The position numbers and the translations under genes are program-made. This document shows, one piece after another, positions 28,480-41,075 of a DNA stretch of 64,000 nucleotides (within the stretch, counting starts at the first letter, position 1; each line of letters begins with the position of its first letter). The notes beneath the pieces were generated by a model. It saw only the letters and a list, made by a program, of their open reading frames with translations. It was not told the DNA's origin and did no database searches. Origin of the DNA: Ministeria vibrans ATCC 50519 (lineage: Eukaryota > Protista > Filasterea); assembly GCA_943704425.1 (NCBI GenBank), contig CALSCP010002759.1, positions 1 through 64,000 on the forward strand. The letters run 5' to 3'.

Positions 28480-28594
28480 CGGAGCACTTTACAGCGTCCT
28501 GCTTATCTCCCCTTGTGTATCTCCCTCTCGCTGCACTGCGCCCAAAACTCCTACTTTAGCCCAAATCGTTCGGCGAGGTGGTTCTCTAGTGCCG
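28480..28594 (+). repeat. Direct repeat, copy 2
   Basis: Matches 21430-21554. Confidence 0.9.
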
Positions 28595-29073
28595 AGACCC
28601 CCGTACGTGAAGCGTCTCAGAAGCTTCAGGCTGCTGCGGGCGCTGCTGTCTCGCAGGTGGGTGCTCTCGGAGGTGTGCGTGCTTCGTGCGTGCCTCCTCG
28701 AGTTCTTCGTACGCTTGCTACGAGGAGCGTATCTGTGGGTTTATGGGTGCTCTATCTTTCTTGGGGCTACTGTAGCCCCCCTGTAGCCTTCCTGTAGCCT
28801 ATGGTGGAAGCATATTACTCTTCATTATTGTCTATACATTTTATCCCTTTTATATTTCGGTGTGTCAAAGGCGCTACCCAAGTGGCGCGTCTCTACTATC
28901 AAGCACTACAGCTCTACAAGCGTGTTGCGCCATGGCGCAGCCAGTACTGCTGGGTGTCGGTCTCCACAGGCGATGCATCCTGAATATTCCTAACAATAAT
29001 GAATAATCCCCGTCCATTTTTTTTCAGTCTTCTGTCCGACTGACTGACTCTGAATCTTCAGACCAAATTCGTG

Positions 29074-30821
29074 ATGAATCTCGCCGGACATGCACCCGGC
29101 ATTGTTCGTGATGTGAGTCTTATGATCGAAGATATTGTACACATCAAGAGCTTGGTAATATTAATCCAAACGTCCCCAACGGACATCATACAATATTTTC
29201 ATCATGCCAATCAATGTCATCTTCTTCGCAGTTTGGAACGGAGAATGAGTTTCATCGCTTCTCCCTGCACACTACTACACTCACCATACCGCTGCTGTAC
29301 GACAAACTGATGAGCATTCACAGCATTCCGCCAGGAGTGGGTAAGTGCAATCTAAAAACATGATCAGATTCCCTTTGACACAACTCGTAGCGTACAGCAA
29401 CGGATCAAGGACGATGCGCATGTTCTACGAAGACGACCAACACCGCGACGTGCTGCTGGCCAACGAAGGCGACTTAGCGCGTGCTCTCGAGGTGCGCCGG
29501 CAACGGCTTGAGATCGCACTGGGACCACGTAGTCCACCCGATTGCGCACGGTGTCCCTGGCGCCTCCACGTCGTCCGTGCACGGCAATCCAGCACGTCAG
29601 TGACACTCAATGCAACGCTTGCTAACATGTTAAGGAGCCGTCGGTCGCGTCGCGTGTCCTTCTCTGAGGTCATGGTCACAAGCGACGAAGCGCCGTCGAC
29701 CTTGAGCCAAATGACGGGCACGTCCAGTCGCCCTGCCTTACGATCGACTCTCTCTTCCCCGCCTGCACCCTATTCGAATTCGAATCCGAATACGTCGTAT
29801 CCGTATAATACTCACGGACACACTATGCATCGTCATGCGCGCGTCAGTGATCATGACCATCACGCTAGTATTGGAACAACCGCAGGTCTGACAGTGATTG
29901 AAAGTGAGTTGCACGAACCAGAAATCCGCACAGTAATCATTGAGCGTCAGCCAGGCGAACCGCTTGGACTTGTCCTGAAGAAGGAAGGCTCGGTACGTGT
30001 TTTACACAACAGCTTGTGCAGTTGACGAACAGTTGACGAACAGTTGACGAACAATTGACTCAAAATCATTTGAAATAATTATGTATACATGGATAGCGAC
30101 TGGTGGTGGGACAACTACTGGAAGGCGGTAGTGCAGATGTGCACTGCATGCGCCAACTAAGGGTTGGCGATGAGCTCATCTCACTCAACGGTCGAATTGT
30201 GACTGAGGACAACCTTACAAGAGTGCGTGAAATTCAACCTCACACCTCCTCCCTGCGAGATTCTCATTCATGTTCCTTTTGTAGGTGTGCGCTGGGCTGT
30301 CGGGACTGCGCTTGATTGAAGTGAAAGTGCGACACGGCTACAATCCAGTTTCACCGCATAAGTGGAGCGCAGGACTCGACGCACAGTCGCAGGTGGAAGC
30401 ACTGGAAGAGGCGCTGGGAGAGCTGTCGACGCAGCAGACGGGAGAGCAGACGAGAGAGTGTGAGCAGAGCGTAGGGTTCCTGGTGAGCACACGTGATGAG
30501 GCTCAACTGCGACAGCCCATGCGAACGCGTAGAAGTACGCGAGAGGACGCACAACCGAGTGCAGCCCAGCGACAGAGGGCCATTGTCTCGCCAGCCCCGC
30601 GTCCCATTGCCGCCTTGTGCCGTGGTGTGTCCTCCCACCACACCCCAACTACTCATTCTCCTTCCTCCCTTGCACCTTCACATAGTCCCCCTTCTTCTAC
30701 CACTGTTGCCCTTGCCGATCGTCCGTCGCCCATCCAGAGCGGTACTGCGACTGTCGTTGAGATTGTGTCTCGGCCCGTCAACACTGTCTCGCGTGTCCCT
30801 AGTGCCATCGAAGACCAATAA
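29074..30821 (+). CDS. PB1 + PDZ domain protein, Par-6-like
   Basis: Spliced VHIKSL|FGTENEFHRFSL..LYDKLMSIHSIP..MFYEDDQHRDVLLANEGDLARALE (PB1); IRTVIIERQPGEPLGLVLKKEG..VVGQLLEGGSA..LRVGDELISLNG (PDZ). Confidence 0.75.
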
Positions 30822-30883
30822 TAATAATAGTAACATAATAATAAGAATAGTACGAATGTAATACTGTGAAAAAAAATTGTATG

Positions 30884-33800
30884 TCAAAAGTCTGTGGATT
30901 GTTGTTTGAGCTGAGGGTCCTCTGAGAGAGCAAATTTGATATCGTCAACTGAGACGTTTGAGCGGATGCGCTGGTACACATCAGCCGAGGCAGAGTCGAC
31001 AAGAAGGAGCCGCGTCGCACCCAAACGCATGCAAGCGAGCTGAAGGGGAGAGGGAAACAGAAAGTGAGTAGGTGTGTGGGACAATGAGATAGGTTGAAAC
31101 AGTGAGCAACAGTGATACTCTCAATGTGTGATAGAGATGCAAAGACAAAAAGTAAACAGTGATAGAGTGGTAGTGAGTGTGACATTGGCATGGGAAGTCA
31201 GTGTCAGTGTCAGCGAGTCACGCACAACGAGTGTATATCGTATGTGTGTAATGTCTGTCACCTGTAGTTGACCCGCAGGCGGTGCATCAATGCCCAGTGT
31301 AATACACATTGCTCCGTGGATCGGCAGAATCTACATACATACACACATATATAATTATATACAGAGTGAGTCAGATGGAGTCCAAAGTCAACAGTCTATG
31401 TTCACCTTTCCAAAATGAACTTCTTCAATTCCAGTGCGCGAAAACTCACGAGCAATAGCCAAGAGCAGGATGCGCTCATGAAGAGAGGCATTGCGGATGG
31501 CGGTGATGATAGGCGACGCAAACATGGCGTCCGTTGCGCGGTGGATATGTGTGACCTGCCAGCAACATCGTTAATAATTGACCGGTAACCCCTAAATAAA
31601 ATACAATCGCTAAAGTACCTGAACAGACGAAACACTCTCTGCGTCATCTCGCTCAGCTGCGTCTGTTGCAACTGTGTCTGCTTCAGCGAGTTCAGCCGCC
31701 CTTCTACAGATGTCGAGCGCTCGTCGAGCGTCTCCCGAAATCGCCGCGACCTATATAAATAGAGTTGACTCAATTATTATACTGAGAGTGTGTGTAGAAG
31801 TTGTGTACCTTTCGTGCGCACAATTGGATGGCATCACGATCAAACGAGCCAAAGGGTTCGACACGCGAGTAGATAATGCGCATGAGCTGCTCATGGTTAT
31901 ACGGAGCAAATGTCAGTCGGATGGGACCCAACTGGAGAGGGAAGGAACAAAAATAATTGGGTGAGAAGAGTAAGCTATTTGTGTTGTTATTGTCTATTGT
32001 AAAGTGCTGAGTATCAACTGTGATGTTAGCGTTTGTGTTTTGTCAACAAGAGATAGAGTCAAGGTCAGGGTTGCATTTGTCATTGAAATTAGAGTTATGA
32101 TTCGAATATTTTGTCAATATGATTAAAGGTACGGTAAGAGAAGCATCATTATTATTATAATAATAATAATATAATTATTATTATAACATTTTGATCTTTT
32201 TATCAATAATAATTTGTTCTTACGCGACTTTGGACGCGAGCAGTCATAACGCGTTCAGGCAAGTCCATCGTGTTCGCAATGGCAATGACAATGAGACGCG
32301 CGTGTCGCTGGTGGGGCCAGTCAAACAGATTGTACATGACACTCTGTTTGCGTGTCACCAACTGATCCAGTTCGTCAAGAAGAACGACAACTACACAATA
32401 GATTCACTCAGTACACAAAAAAGTGGATATCTCTGTGTGTCTCTGTCTATCTATCATCCACACACTCTCGCTTTCTTACTGGAGTGTCTTCGTGGATTCG
32501 GTGTACTAAATGTCTTCTCCAGTAACTCTTCTGCGTGTTTAGGAGTCACTGTCACACATAAACACAAAAAACAAAAATCAGAATTCAATCGTCGTTCTCT
32601 TTGTTTCTTTTCCCCTCCTCTCTTTCTCCGACTTTTTTTTTATCACTTTTTCTTTCTCCTTCCACTCTTAGTCTCACTCTGTATCTGTTTTTTTGTTCTC
32701 ACCATAGTCTCCCTTGATTGCGTGCCACAGTTGCACGTATGCCTGATGCGGATCCGTCAATTTCATGCAATTGATTTCCGCAAATTTGAATGGAGGCACA
32801 ACACTCCTCTTCTTCTTCTTTGTCTTTTTCTTCTCTTTCTTCTTGGGTGTCTCTCTAGTATCATCCACATCCACATCACTGCCATCACTTTCACCATCGA
32901 CTTCTTCGTCTTCGTCCTCTTCTTCTTCGTCGTCGTCATCATCGTCGTCACGCTGACTCTCCCGTTCCAGTGCGCGCACCACCTCATGCACTGTCGCTGT
33001 CTTTCCTGTGCCCGGCACCCCACTCACATAAATACACCCCCCAACATTATCCCGTAGCTTTGTCTCCAACAGCTCATACACCTGTGCGTACTGTGCCTCG
33101 CGACACGGCAGTGCCTCGGGCACTGCACTCACATGCAGAGCTGCTCTTGACTGCTCCAGTGCCGTCACCGCAATCCGTCGCTCCACCGTCCGCATTGGCA
33201 GTGTGTTCACAGCACCAGTCGTTGTCGTCGTCGTATTTGTAGTGGTGGTGGTACTCGTTGTTGCAGTCCGACTTCTACCGGCCTTCTTTCCCTTTGCGCC
33301 ACTCCTCTTCGTGTCCTTCTTCCCCACGCCTTTCTGTCGCTTCCTCCCCCCTTCACCCTCCTCATCTTCCTCCTCCTCACTGCTCCTGCCTCCCCCTCTT
33401 CTCTTCCGCTTTCCTCCTCCTCCTACTTCCCCTCCTCCCACTTCTCCTCCTCCTGTCGATGTCATCACCTTCCCTTCCCGTTTGCCCAGTCCTCTGTTCA
33501 GGGTCGCTTCGTCCGTTTCGTCCGTTGCTCCCCCACTCACTACTACCGTTCCTTTTCCGCCCAGCTTCTTCGACAGCTCCTTCTCCGTCTCGTTCCCTTC
33601 GATTGTCTTAAACTTCCGCCTAACACACACAGACACACACACAAAACATACATTACGGCACACAAAAAAATCCGCGTCAAATTTTTGTACCTCATATCAT
33701 CGTAGAAACGACGGTACACATAAAGATCATCGTCGTCTGAATCATAGTCGTTCTTACGGTCCATGTAGTCTGCCCATTCCAAGACTATCACACACACACA

Positions 33801-34527
33801 CACACACATATGCACAAAGAAAACAAAGTCAGTGTAAAGTCGACATCAACCAAACGTTTCGGTTACTTTCGCATTTCGAGTCGACTGCTGCAACATAATT
33901 GACGTCCGAGTTGTCGCTTGCAAACACCTCGCGTGGATGCAACTTGGCAATCTACAGCACACAAAATGACATTCAAGACACAACAATTATAAACCATAAT
34001 AATCATTAATGGTATATTACGTCGGCCTTCTTGAGCGGCGTCTCCTCAGGATAGTACATCCAATTGATGAGCACACACATATGTCCTTGTGCGTCCTCAA
34101 ACAGCCGATCCAGACGCCCCAGATACGGCTTGCCGTTCTCGTCGGGGTTCTTCATGCACACCCCGTCGCCTGGTTGCGTCGTAAAACACAAATGATGTTT
34201 AGTTTGAGAGGTCGACAGAACAACCGATTGTTGTGTTGCAAAACAAAAAAAGAGCTCTGTGGCTGAAATAGAGCGACAGGGGAGGAGCATGGGGCGCGGG
34301 AGTGGAGCAAGTGGCACGCATGCAGGCAACATACCGCGCTTGAAGACTTCGCCGCCCTTCCTGAAGGCCGGATAGATGTTGAGTCCGTCTTTGCTACTCT
34401 TGATCGCATTTCCCATCCACTGTGGCGTCGAAACAGCATCGTCGCTCTCCTCGTCGTCTCCCTTCTTTGCCTTTGACTGCCTCTTCTTGATCGCCTTGAG
34501 TTTGCGGCTCGCAGCAGACGATGACAT
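30884..34527 (-). CDS. ORC1: Origin recognition complex subunit 1 (BAH + AAA+)
   Basis: BAH exons ([20 protein letters not shown]); [66 protein letters not shown]. Confidence 0.93.
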
Positions 34528-35046
34528 TCCAAAATATAAAATAGTGCAAAAATATGATGATAATTGATTTTATTATTATTAGTTATTACACAAGACACAA
34601 GTCACAATGATTAATCATTATTAAATGGGTTGTATTCTATTCTAATTATTATTGATTATACTCAACAACAAACAATCGGATGCACTGTATGTAGGATATC
34701 ACCTGGCATAGCCAGCAAGACAGTTTTAGACAAGTGACAACCCACAGGCAGACCACTGAGACCAGACTTGCACCGATGACTGATCAGCATGCATGAACGT
34801 TCTCAATGCATGTTCTGAAACAACACTCACTCACTCAAAAGCAATCGCCTGACAAGGGACGCTACCACTCTAAACAATCGACCGACATGTGACTCTAAAC
34901 TCACTCACTACTCAAAGCATCAACTGGCGGGTGACTAAACTCACTCACTCACTCATTTTATGTTTTTTGAGAAGGATAAGTCGCTATTATTAAACAGAAT
35001 TATGGTAAGGGTGGGGTGGGGGGGGCTGGGGGTCAAAGGGGGTGCT

Positions 35047-36029
35047 CTACTCGTCAATCTCCTCGGCGGCGGCCTTCTCGGGCGCCTCATCGCCATCGTC
35101 CTCGTCGGCAACATCGTCAAAGTTGTCCACCAGGTCGGGGATCTGGTCGTCATTGTTGTCGGGCATGTGCATACCACGCTGCTGCATCTGGCGCTGCAGA
35201 ATCTCGGCCATGTCGCTCTCGGTCCACTTGGTCTTCATCTCGACCTCCGACGCGTTCTTCATCTCGCTCTTGCCCGCCACAACAAACGTGTTCTGCTTCT
35301 GGCCAGCTCCCACCTACACAGGCACACGTGTACGTGTGTGTACACACCGTGTCAACACCGAGCACACACCGCACCACCACAAGCACTGTACCTTAGGCTG
35401 GTCAAACACCTGAATCTTGTCATTGTCGTAGACGAAGAAGACCTTCTCGATGGCACCGACAGGGTTCACCTGGAGCTTCTTCAGCACCGACTGCAGCTTC
35501 TTCTCGTCGCCACCAGAGTTCTTGGGCACAATCTGCGCTCAAACAGAGACAGAAAAGCAAAACGAGAGAGAGAGAGAGAATGTGTGAAAACATAACTCAC
35601 ACAAAACACAACGCAGACACACCGCGCTTCTCAAAGCACATGAACACACTACATTCAACACACCCACACCCACACACACACACCCACACATGCGCCTGCA
35701 AACACGTTGGCACAGTCTCAATATCAATAGCAAAAAAAAAAAAAAAATCGTGTTTTCAGAACACACACACGAAACAATGAGCGACGATTGGGCACGGGGA
35801 AGGAGCTGAAAGGGGCACACATAGCCAAGGGGTCGGATGCCGGGCGTGGGAGAGGCAGGAAAGGGCGAGAAAGAGACGAGAGAAGGGAAATGGGCCGAAA
35901 GACGGAAAATGTCACGTTGTGCGGAAAGGAACGGGCAATGCATACCTTCTTGGTGCGGCGGGGTGCTCCCTTGGGGCGCCCGTTGGCAGCGGCCGCAGCC
36001 TTCATCTTCTCCAGCTTCTCCTTGTTCAT
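35047..36029 (-). CDS. BTF3: Nascent polypeptide-associated complex beta subunit
   Basis: MNKEKLEKMK..KGAPRRTKK / DEKKLQSVLKKL.VNP..IE / NTFVVAG / IPDLVDNFD. Confidence 0.85.
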
Positions 36030-36070
36030 CTTTTTTTTTTTTTTTTTGTTAAAAGATATTCCNNNNNNNN

Positions 36071-36120
<50 letters not shown>

Positions 36121-36152
36121 GGGAGAAAGAACAAAGTGATAGAGAGAGCTGA

Positions 36153-36266
36153 GTACTCTTTGGGCTGACAATCGAATGTGGGTTCATACCGCTCTGACGA
36201 CTCCATTGGAGCATCGATCACTGCCATAGCTGCATTTGCAACATCCACACGAAGACCGTCGTTCAT
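36153..36266 (-). other. Possible orphan first exon of an unidentified gene, cut by the gap at 36063-36070
   Basis: MNDGLRVDVANAAMAVIDAPMESSERYEPTFDCQPKE followed by a GTAC donor-like site and the typical intronic CT repeat, then Ns. Confidence 0.3.
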
Positions 36267-37581
36267 TGAAACAGACAAATATGAATGATAATCAATTCTG
36301 AGACCGGATTTACCGGAAAAGAAAGCAGTCTGTCAAGTGACGATCAACCGACAACATTTCAAATTTCACTTTCTTTATTTCTTTTCTCGATTCTCACTTT
36401 TCAGGGCTGGACTCGGCTGATACGCTGTGCATCTCAGTGATCTGCCTTCAGAGATAATTTTAAACAGTAAGTCTTTCCGTGGCGTAGCATCATTTCCTAT
36501 TCTGTCGAAACCCCAAAACCCGATTGTCCCGACCCGAAGAATTGGCTTTGGTTGCAAACCGCCGTCTGCCCTATGGGAGAATGGGTGACCCGCAGGGTGC
36601 GCTGTGGGGTGTCTTGTGCAGTGGTGATGTTTGCGTTGTGTTTCGTGTGAGGGGGTTTCACAGTTTTCGCAGACTTTCGTCGGATGTGTATCTGCTCGCG
36701 AAGTAGCGCCTTCAAGCGGGGGTGTGCCACATCTGTTTCTAGATGTTATGTATTATTATCATTATTATTATTATTATTAATACAATAGAAGAAAAAGAAG
36801 ACTAACAATGCAAAAATAAAAATAATAATAATAAGAAGAAGAAGAAGAATACAACCCATTTATTCATGATAATAATAAGGAATACACTAGTACTGGGAGG
36901 TGTTTTAAAAGTTGTGTTGTTTCGAGACAAAAAGGGCGCGAAAGTGAAGACGAAGCGCGTTCTCGACGCGTTTTTGCTCTCCAATATATTGGCAATCACA
37001 ACGGACGTTTGCTTGTCAAGAGAGAATGCGTTGTGTAGAACTGTAGATACGTGTTTCAGAGCTATTTTGCGATTTGCTCTTCGTCCTTTTGCGCAGGCGG
37101 TCGGGCGAGTTCCGCGCGAGTTGCTGCGCGTTGTTTTGTGTTGCACACCCGTGACATAAGAAATCGCCATTGGCTGTTGGCAAGGCATTGATGCCAATCA
37201 AAACAATGCGTTGAATTATAGTGTGTGGCAGAACGGCGAGCAGAAAGGCGCATTGTTTGGAATGGTAGAAGCGATAATGTTTTTTTTTTTTTTTTTGCGT
37301 GCGCACATACCACTTGGGGCACTTGGGGTGCCTGAATCACGGCGTTGAGATAGCGGATGCAGATCCCTCGGTGCGGGTTGACTCACTAGTCACTAAGTAC
37401 GACTGTCTGTCGACTTACGTACTGCATGGAAAAGTGTGTACTTGTCTCAGAGACACTGATTCACTGTTTACTTTTCGTTTCACGCACAGTTTTTTTTTTT
37501 GGGAAGTTGGGTAACCGCTAAGTGTGGTAACTTTTTTTTAATTTTGCCTGAACCCGACTGGTCACTTACTGTAGCTGATCA

Positions 37582-39208
37582 ATGCCGCCGTCGCCACTGC
37601 TGCCGCTGCTACTGCTGCCGCTGGCTCTTGTCCTGAGCGGCGCAACGAGCATTTACAGCGACAACGGCAATCTCGTTCTCGCTCCGTCGCCCGTCGCCAA
37701 CGCATCCGTGCGCATCGAGGGCAAGCTGCTTGTCGACGGGGTGTCCGTGGCGACGCAGGCGTCCGTCGAGGCGGCGCTCCATTCGCTTGAGAGCCGTCTG
37801 GCACTGCTTCAAAGCGCACTTGCCAACTCGGATTGCTCGTGCGACGCGTGCCACTCCAGCCCGTGCGTCCGCGGCAACTGCACGTCGACCTCGAGCGGCT
37901 TCTCATGCGCTTGTGTGCCGGCCGACACAGGCCCGCTGTGCGCCGGGTGGCTGGCACGCCGCTTTGCATCCACTGCCGGCGCCAACCTTGCCCTTGACGT
38001 GCAGGTGGTGGCGGGTGTTGTGTACTTTCTGGGCGCCTTTGTCGGCGACATGGTGCCGTCGCTGGGCGTTGCGCACCGAGGCGACCTGGATGTTGTTGTA
38101 ATTAAGCTCAGTGAGGCAACAGGCGACATTCTGGGGACGTATTCGCTGGGCACGCATCGCGCGGACGTCGCGTATGGAATGGTTGTTGACGAGGCAAGCG
38201 ACTCGCTCTTCCTGTGCGGCTACACCGGCGGAAACATGACTGCGGACATTCCAGACGACGGTGCTATTCGCGCCTTTATGGCTCGCCTGTCGCTCTCTTC
38301 CGGGACTCCGTTGTGGATCAAGGAGTTTCCCGACGCAGGTAAGGTTTGTGTGTATGTGAGGTGTGCCGCTGACACAAAATGTCGCAGAGGCGTTTCTCTA
38401 CTCGCTGCATCTGCACGCAGGAACACTGTACTCGGGTGGGCAGATGCGCGCATCCTCTTTTCTCGGGCAAAGCGGTGACACGGTGGGCGATGCACTGCTG
38501 CTGAGCGTCAATGCGAGCGATGGCAACGTGCTCTACCTGCGCACGTACGCCAGTAGCGGGTCGTTGGGCGATTTTTTTCTCGCCTCTGTGCTTGACACTG
38601 CCAACGATCTGCTTGTGCTGGGCGGCGGTACTCACGGCGACCTCGGGGGCGCGTCCGAGGGCTCGATCGACATCCTGCTGACGAGCGTGCGTGCGAGTTC
38701 GGGCGCTCTTTTGCAGCACACGCACTTGGGCACCACCGCTCTTGAGCGGATCTACAGCATGGCCATCGATCCCGCTGGCCAGCGACTCTTCATTGTTGGC
38801 GAAGCAAAGGGTCCTCTGCTTGGCTCGTCGCACGATGGCAACTTCTTTCTCGCCGGCATTCCGTATGCTGCCGACGGGGCGCTCAGCACTGACTTATCAA
38901 GCGTGTGGACACGCACGTTTGAAGGCACTTACGGAATAGGCGTGTCGTACAGTAACGTTACCGGGCGTGTGTACGCGGCGGGCAACAACGGCGACAGCTC
39001 GCTGTTTGTCGGTGTTGACGCAGCAACCAATGCCAACCTCGTCACAACTGCCCTGTCCCCCGGCGGCGCTCTGGACTTTGGTAGTTTTGTAGCGCCAGGA
39101 TCGACAGGTGTCGTGTATCTAGTGCTTCAGGCTGACTCACTGTTTGGCTACGACTCCGTGTCCTTCTCGGGCATCGACGTTATTGTTGGCCGACTCGATT
39201 CTCTGTAA
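37582..39208 (+). CDS. Secreted protein: cubilin-like N-terminus, coiled coil, EGF, SBBP-type beta-propeller repeats
   Basis: Signal peptide; IYSDNGNLVL; LHSLESRLALLQSAL; CHSSPCVRGNC..GFSCAC..TGPLC; repeats D.VVIKL...G..L....LGT...D..Y.M..D; one intron near 38339-38388. Confidence 0.75.
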
Positions 39209-39494
39209 CAAGTATGAGTAAACCGCCAAGAGATTTTGTGCGCCAAAATTGCAAAATCAATTATGTTTTCTCTCGACCATCGCTTTAGAAACCACAGGCA
39301 TCGTCCGTAGTGTACTGACTCGATGTTTCTTTGTCATTTGTATTCTTACAAATTTTCAAATAAACTAAAAATATAATTATTATAATAATAATAACTATAA
39401 TTATTTTTTTATATTTTAATAGAGAATCGAGAAGAGCTGTCTCAACGTCAAAACAAGACAGTCATTATACAAAATTGATAAGAATAATAGTTCT

Positions 39495-41075
39495 TCACGG
39501 GCTCAGCTTGGCAATGCACTCACGAATGACATCGACCGTTGGAAGCGTTTCCTCGTCGACAATGCGACGTATCTCGCTTGTAATGTGAACAGAATCGCCA
39601 AGATTGTCAAAGAGTCGACGAATAAACGGCGAAATGTAGTCGGGATTAAAACGGCACAATCTTCGAAAATCGTCATCGACATGAGAGGGCGCGCACAGCT
39701 GCTCAAGGAGACTCTGACGTGCGTGGACACTGGTACGGCCCAAATCCATGGCAGTGGTAAATACGGGGAACCAGAGATTCTCAAAGCGGTTTATCTCGTC
39801 CATGCTACTGCAGAGATTGTTGAGAACCATGTCGTGCTTTGAATTGGGCATGCGTGGATCGGACAGGAGCAACTGAATGCACTGGGCCGTTGACTCCTCG
39901 GTGAAGTAGAAGCAAAATTTACTTGGGTTCTCTTCGCAATGCCATAGCGTCAACTCGTAGACATCATCCAGAAGGTCGCCGAGCAGCTGTGGGTCAAGCG
40001 CGTCAAAAGAGAGAGCGAGCGCGAGAGCGCGGGGAAACTGTTCCCTGGAAGCGCCCTTGATAGCACTGTGCCACAGAGTGGCAGTCTCTTCTGCCGTGAG
40101 GTGCGGGCATTGAAATACAATTGATAAAGTGTCCGTGTAAAAATTGTCATCAAAGTATCGCATGTGCGCCCTATCGGTATCAAGCATAGCATCCAGCTTT
40201 GGGGCAGTGGCATAGGGAGACCTCACAAGTGCGAGGGCGAGATCCTCATGATTGTACTTGATTGCCGACAAGACGCACATTCCAAAGGCGTAGAAGTCGG
40301 GAATTTTGCGGTAGCCGAGCTGGTTGTTGTCGTTGTTGTTGACGTGTGAACCCTGCTGCTCATAATCCTTCCCCGGCTTCCCGTGCTCGAGCAGTGCAAA
40401 CACGCGTTCTGTGTAGCCCAGGCCGCCTAGCTGTGCGAGCAAGTATGGGAGCGACGTGCGCCTGCATATTCGCTCGTCGTTTACAAGGACTTCCATAGTG
40501 TCCAGCAACCCGCGGAGAATTGGACACGCGGGAGTGCCGCGGACATGATAGTTGCGACGGATGAGGTAGCGAGTGGAATAAAAGAGCCCGTCGCAGTCGT
40601 TGGGCAGGGGGACGTCGAGTTGAAGAAGCAGGCGGCACGTAAGAGGGAAGAGGCCGCCCGTGTACAGTGGAAAGGTTGGCAGCTTGATTTTACGCAAGCC
40701 TGGTCTCACGTGACGCCACGCCGGCTGAGAGCGGTGGAGAAGACCTTCCAGTGCGAGTGTGGAAGATGCATTGACGCCCCAACAGTAGTGATGAGGCGCA
40801 CCGATTGAATCAATCTGCGCCACTGTCATCCACCCTGCCGACCAGACAACGGCGGCATGCCGTCTGCAGGTCAAGGCGAAGTGTCGCGCTGTCTTGGGGT
40901 CGAGCAAGGAGACAATCATGAAAATCACGTCTTCGCTGAGTCGCTCAAACGGGCTGCGCGCTGGCTGTACTGCTTGCCAACCCAGCGGCATGTCTAGTGG
41001 CGCACCACTCTCGCGCAAGAGACGCGCGGATTCGTCGCGCGGGAAGGAAGATTCGTTGGGGTTGAGCATCGTCAT
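39495..41075 (-). CDS. F-box protein with helical (ankyrin-like) C-terminal region, intronless
   Basis: 526-aa ORF; PFERLSEDVIFMIVSLLDPKTARHFALTCRR is F-box-like; SAIKYNHEDLALALVR is ankyrin-like. Confidence 0.7.
   Translation of the reverse strand: MTMLNPNESSFPRDESARLLRESGAPLDMPLGWQAVQPARSPFERLSEDVIFMIVSLLDPKTARHFALTCRRHAAVVWSAGWMTVAQIDSIGAPHHYCWGVNASSTLALEGLLHRSQPAWRHVRPGLRKIKLPTFPLYTGGLFPLTCRLLLQLDVPLPNDCDGLFYSTRYLIRRNYHVRGTPACPILRGLLDTMEVLVNDERICRRTSLPYLLAQLGGLGYTERVFALLEHGKPGKDYEQQGSHVNNNDNNQLGYRKIPDFYAFGMCVLSAIKYNHEDLALALVRSPYATAPKLDAMLDTDRAHMRYFDDNFYTDTLSIVFQCPHLTAEETATLWHSAIKGASREQFPRALALALSFDALDPQLLGDLLDDVYELTLWHCEENPSKFCFYFTEESTAQCIQLLLSDPRMPNSKHDMVLNNLCSSMDEINRFENLWFPVFTTAMDLGRTSVHARQSLLEQLCAPSHVDDDFRRLCRFNPDYISPFIRRLFDNLGDSVHITSEIRRIVDEETLPTVDVIRECIAKLSP

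Noticed and set aside
21430-28594. LTR retrotransposon
   Set aside because: Repeats lack TG..CA ends, no PBS or PPT recognised, and no gag, RT or integrase inside.
36508-36522. Telomerase RNA template AAACCCCAAAACCC
   Set aside because: Matches a ciliate-type T4G4 repeat not expected here, and part of it lies in a predicted stem.
36802-37514. Short ORFs upstream of the EGF/propeller gene
   Set aside because: No recognisable motifs, codon pattern or consistent splice structure.
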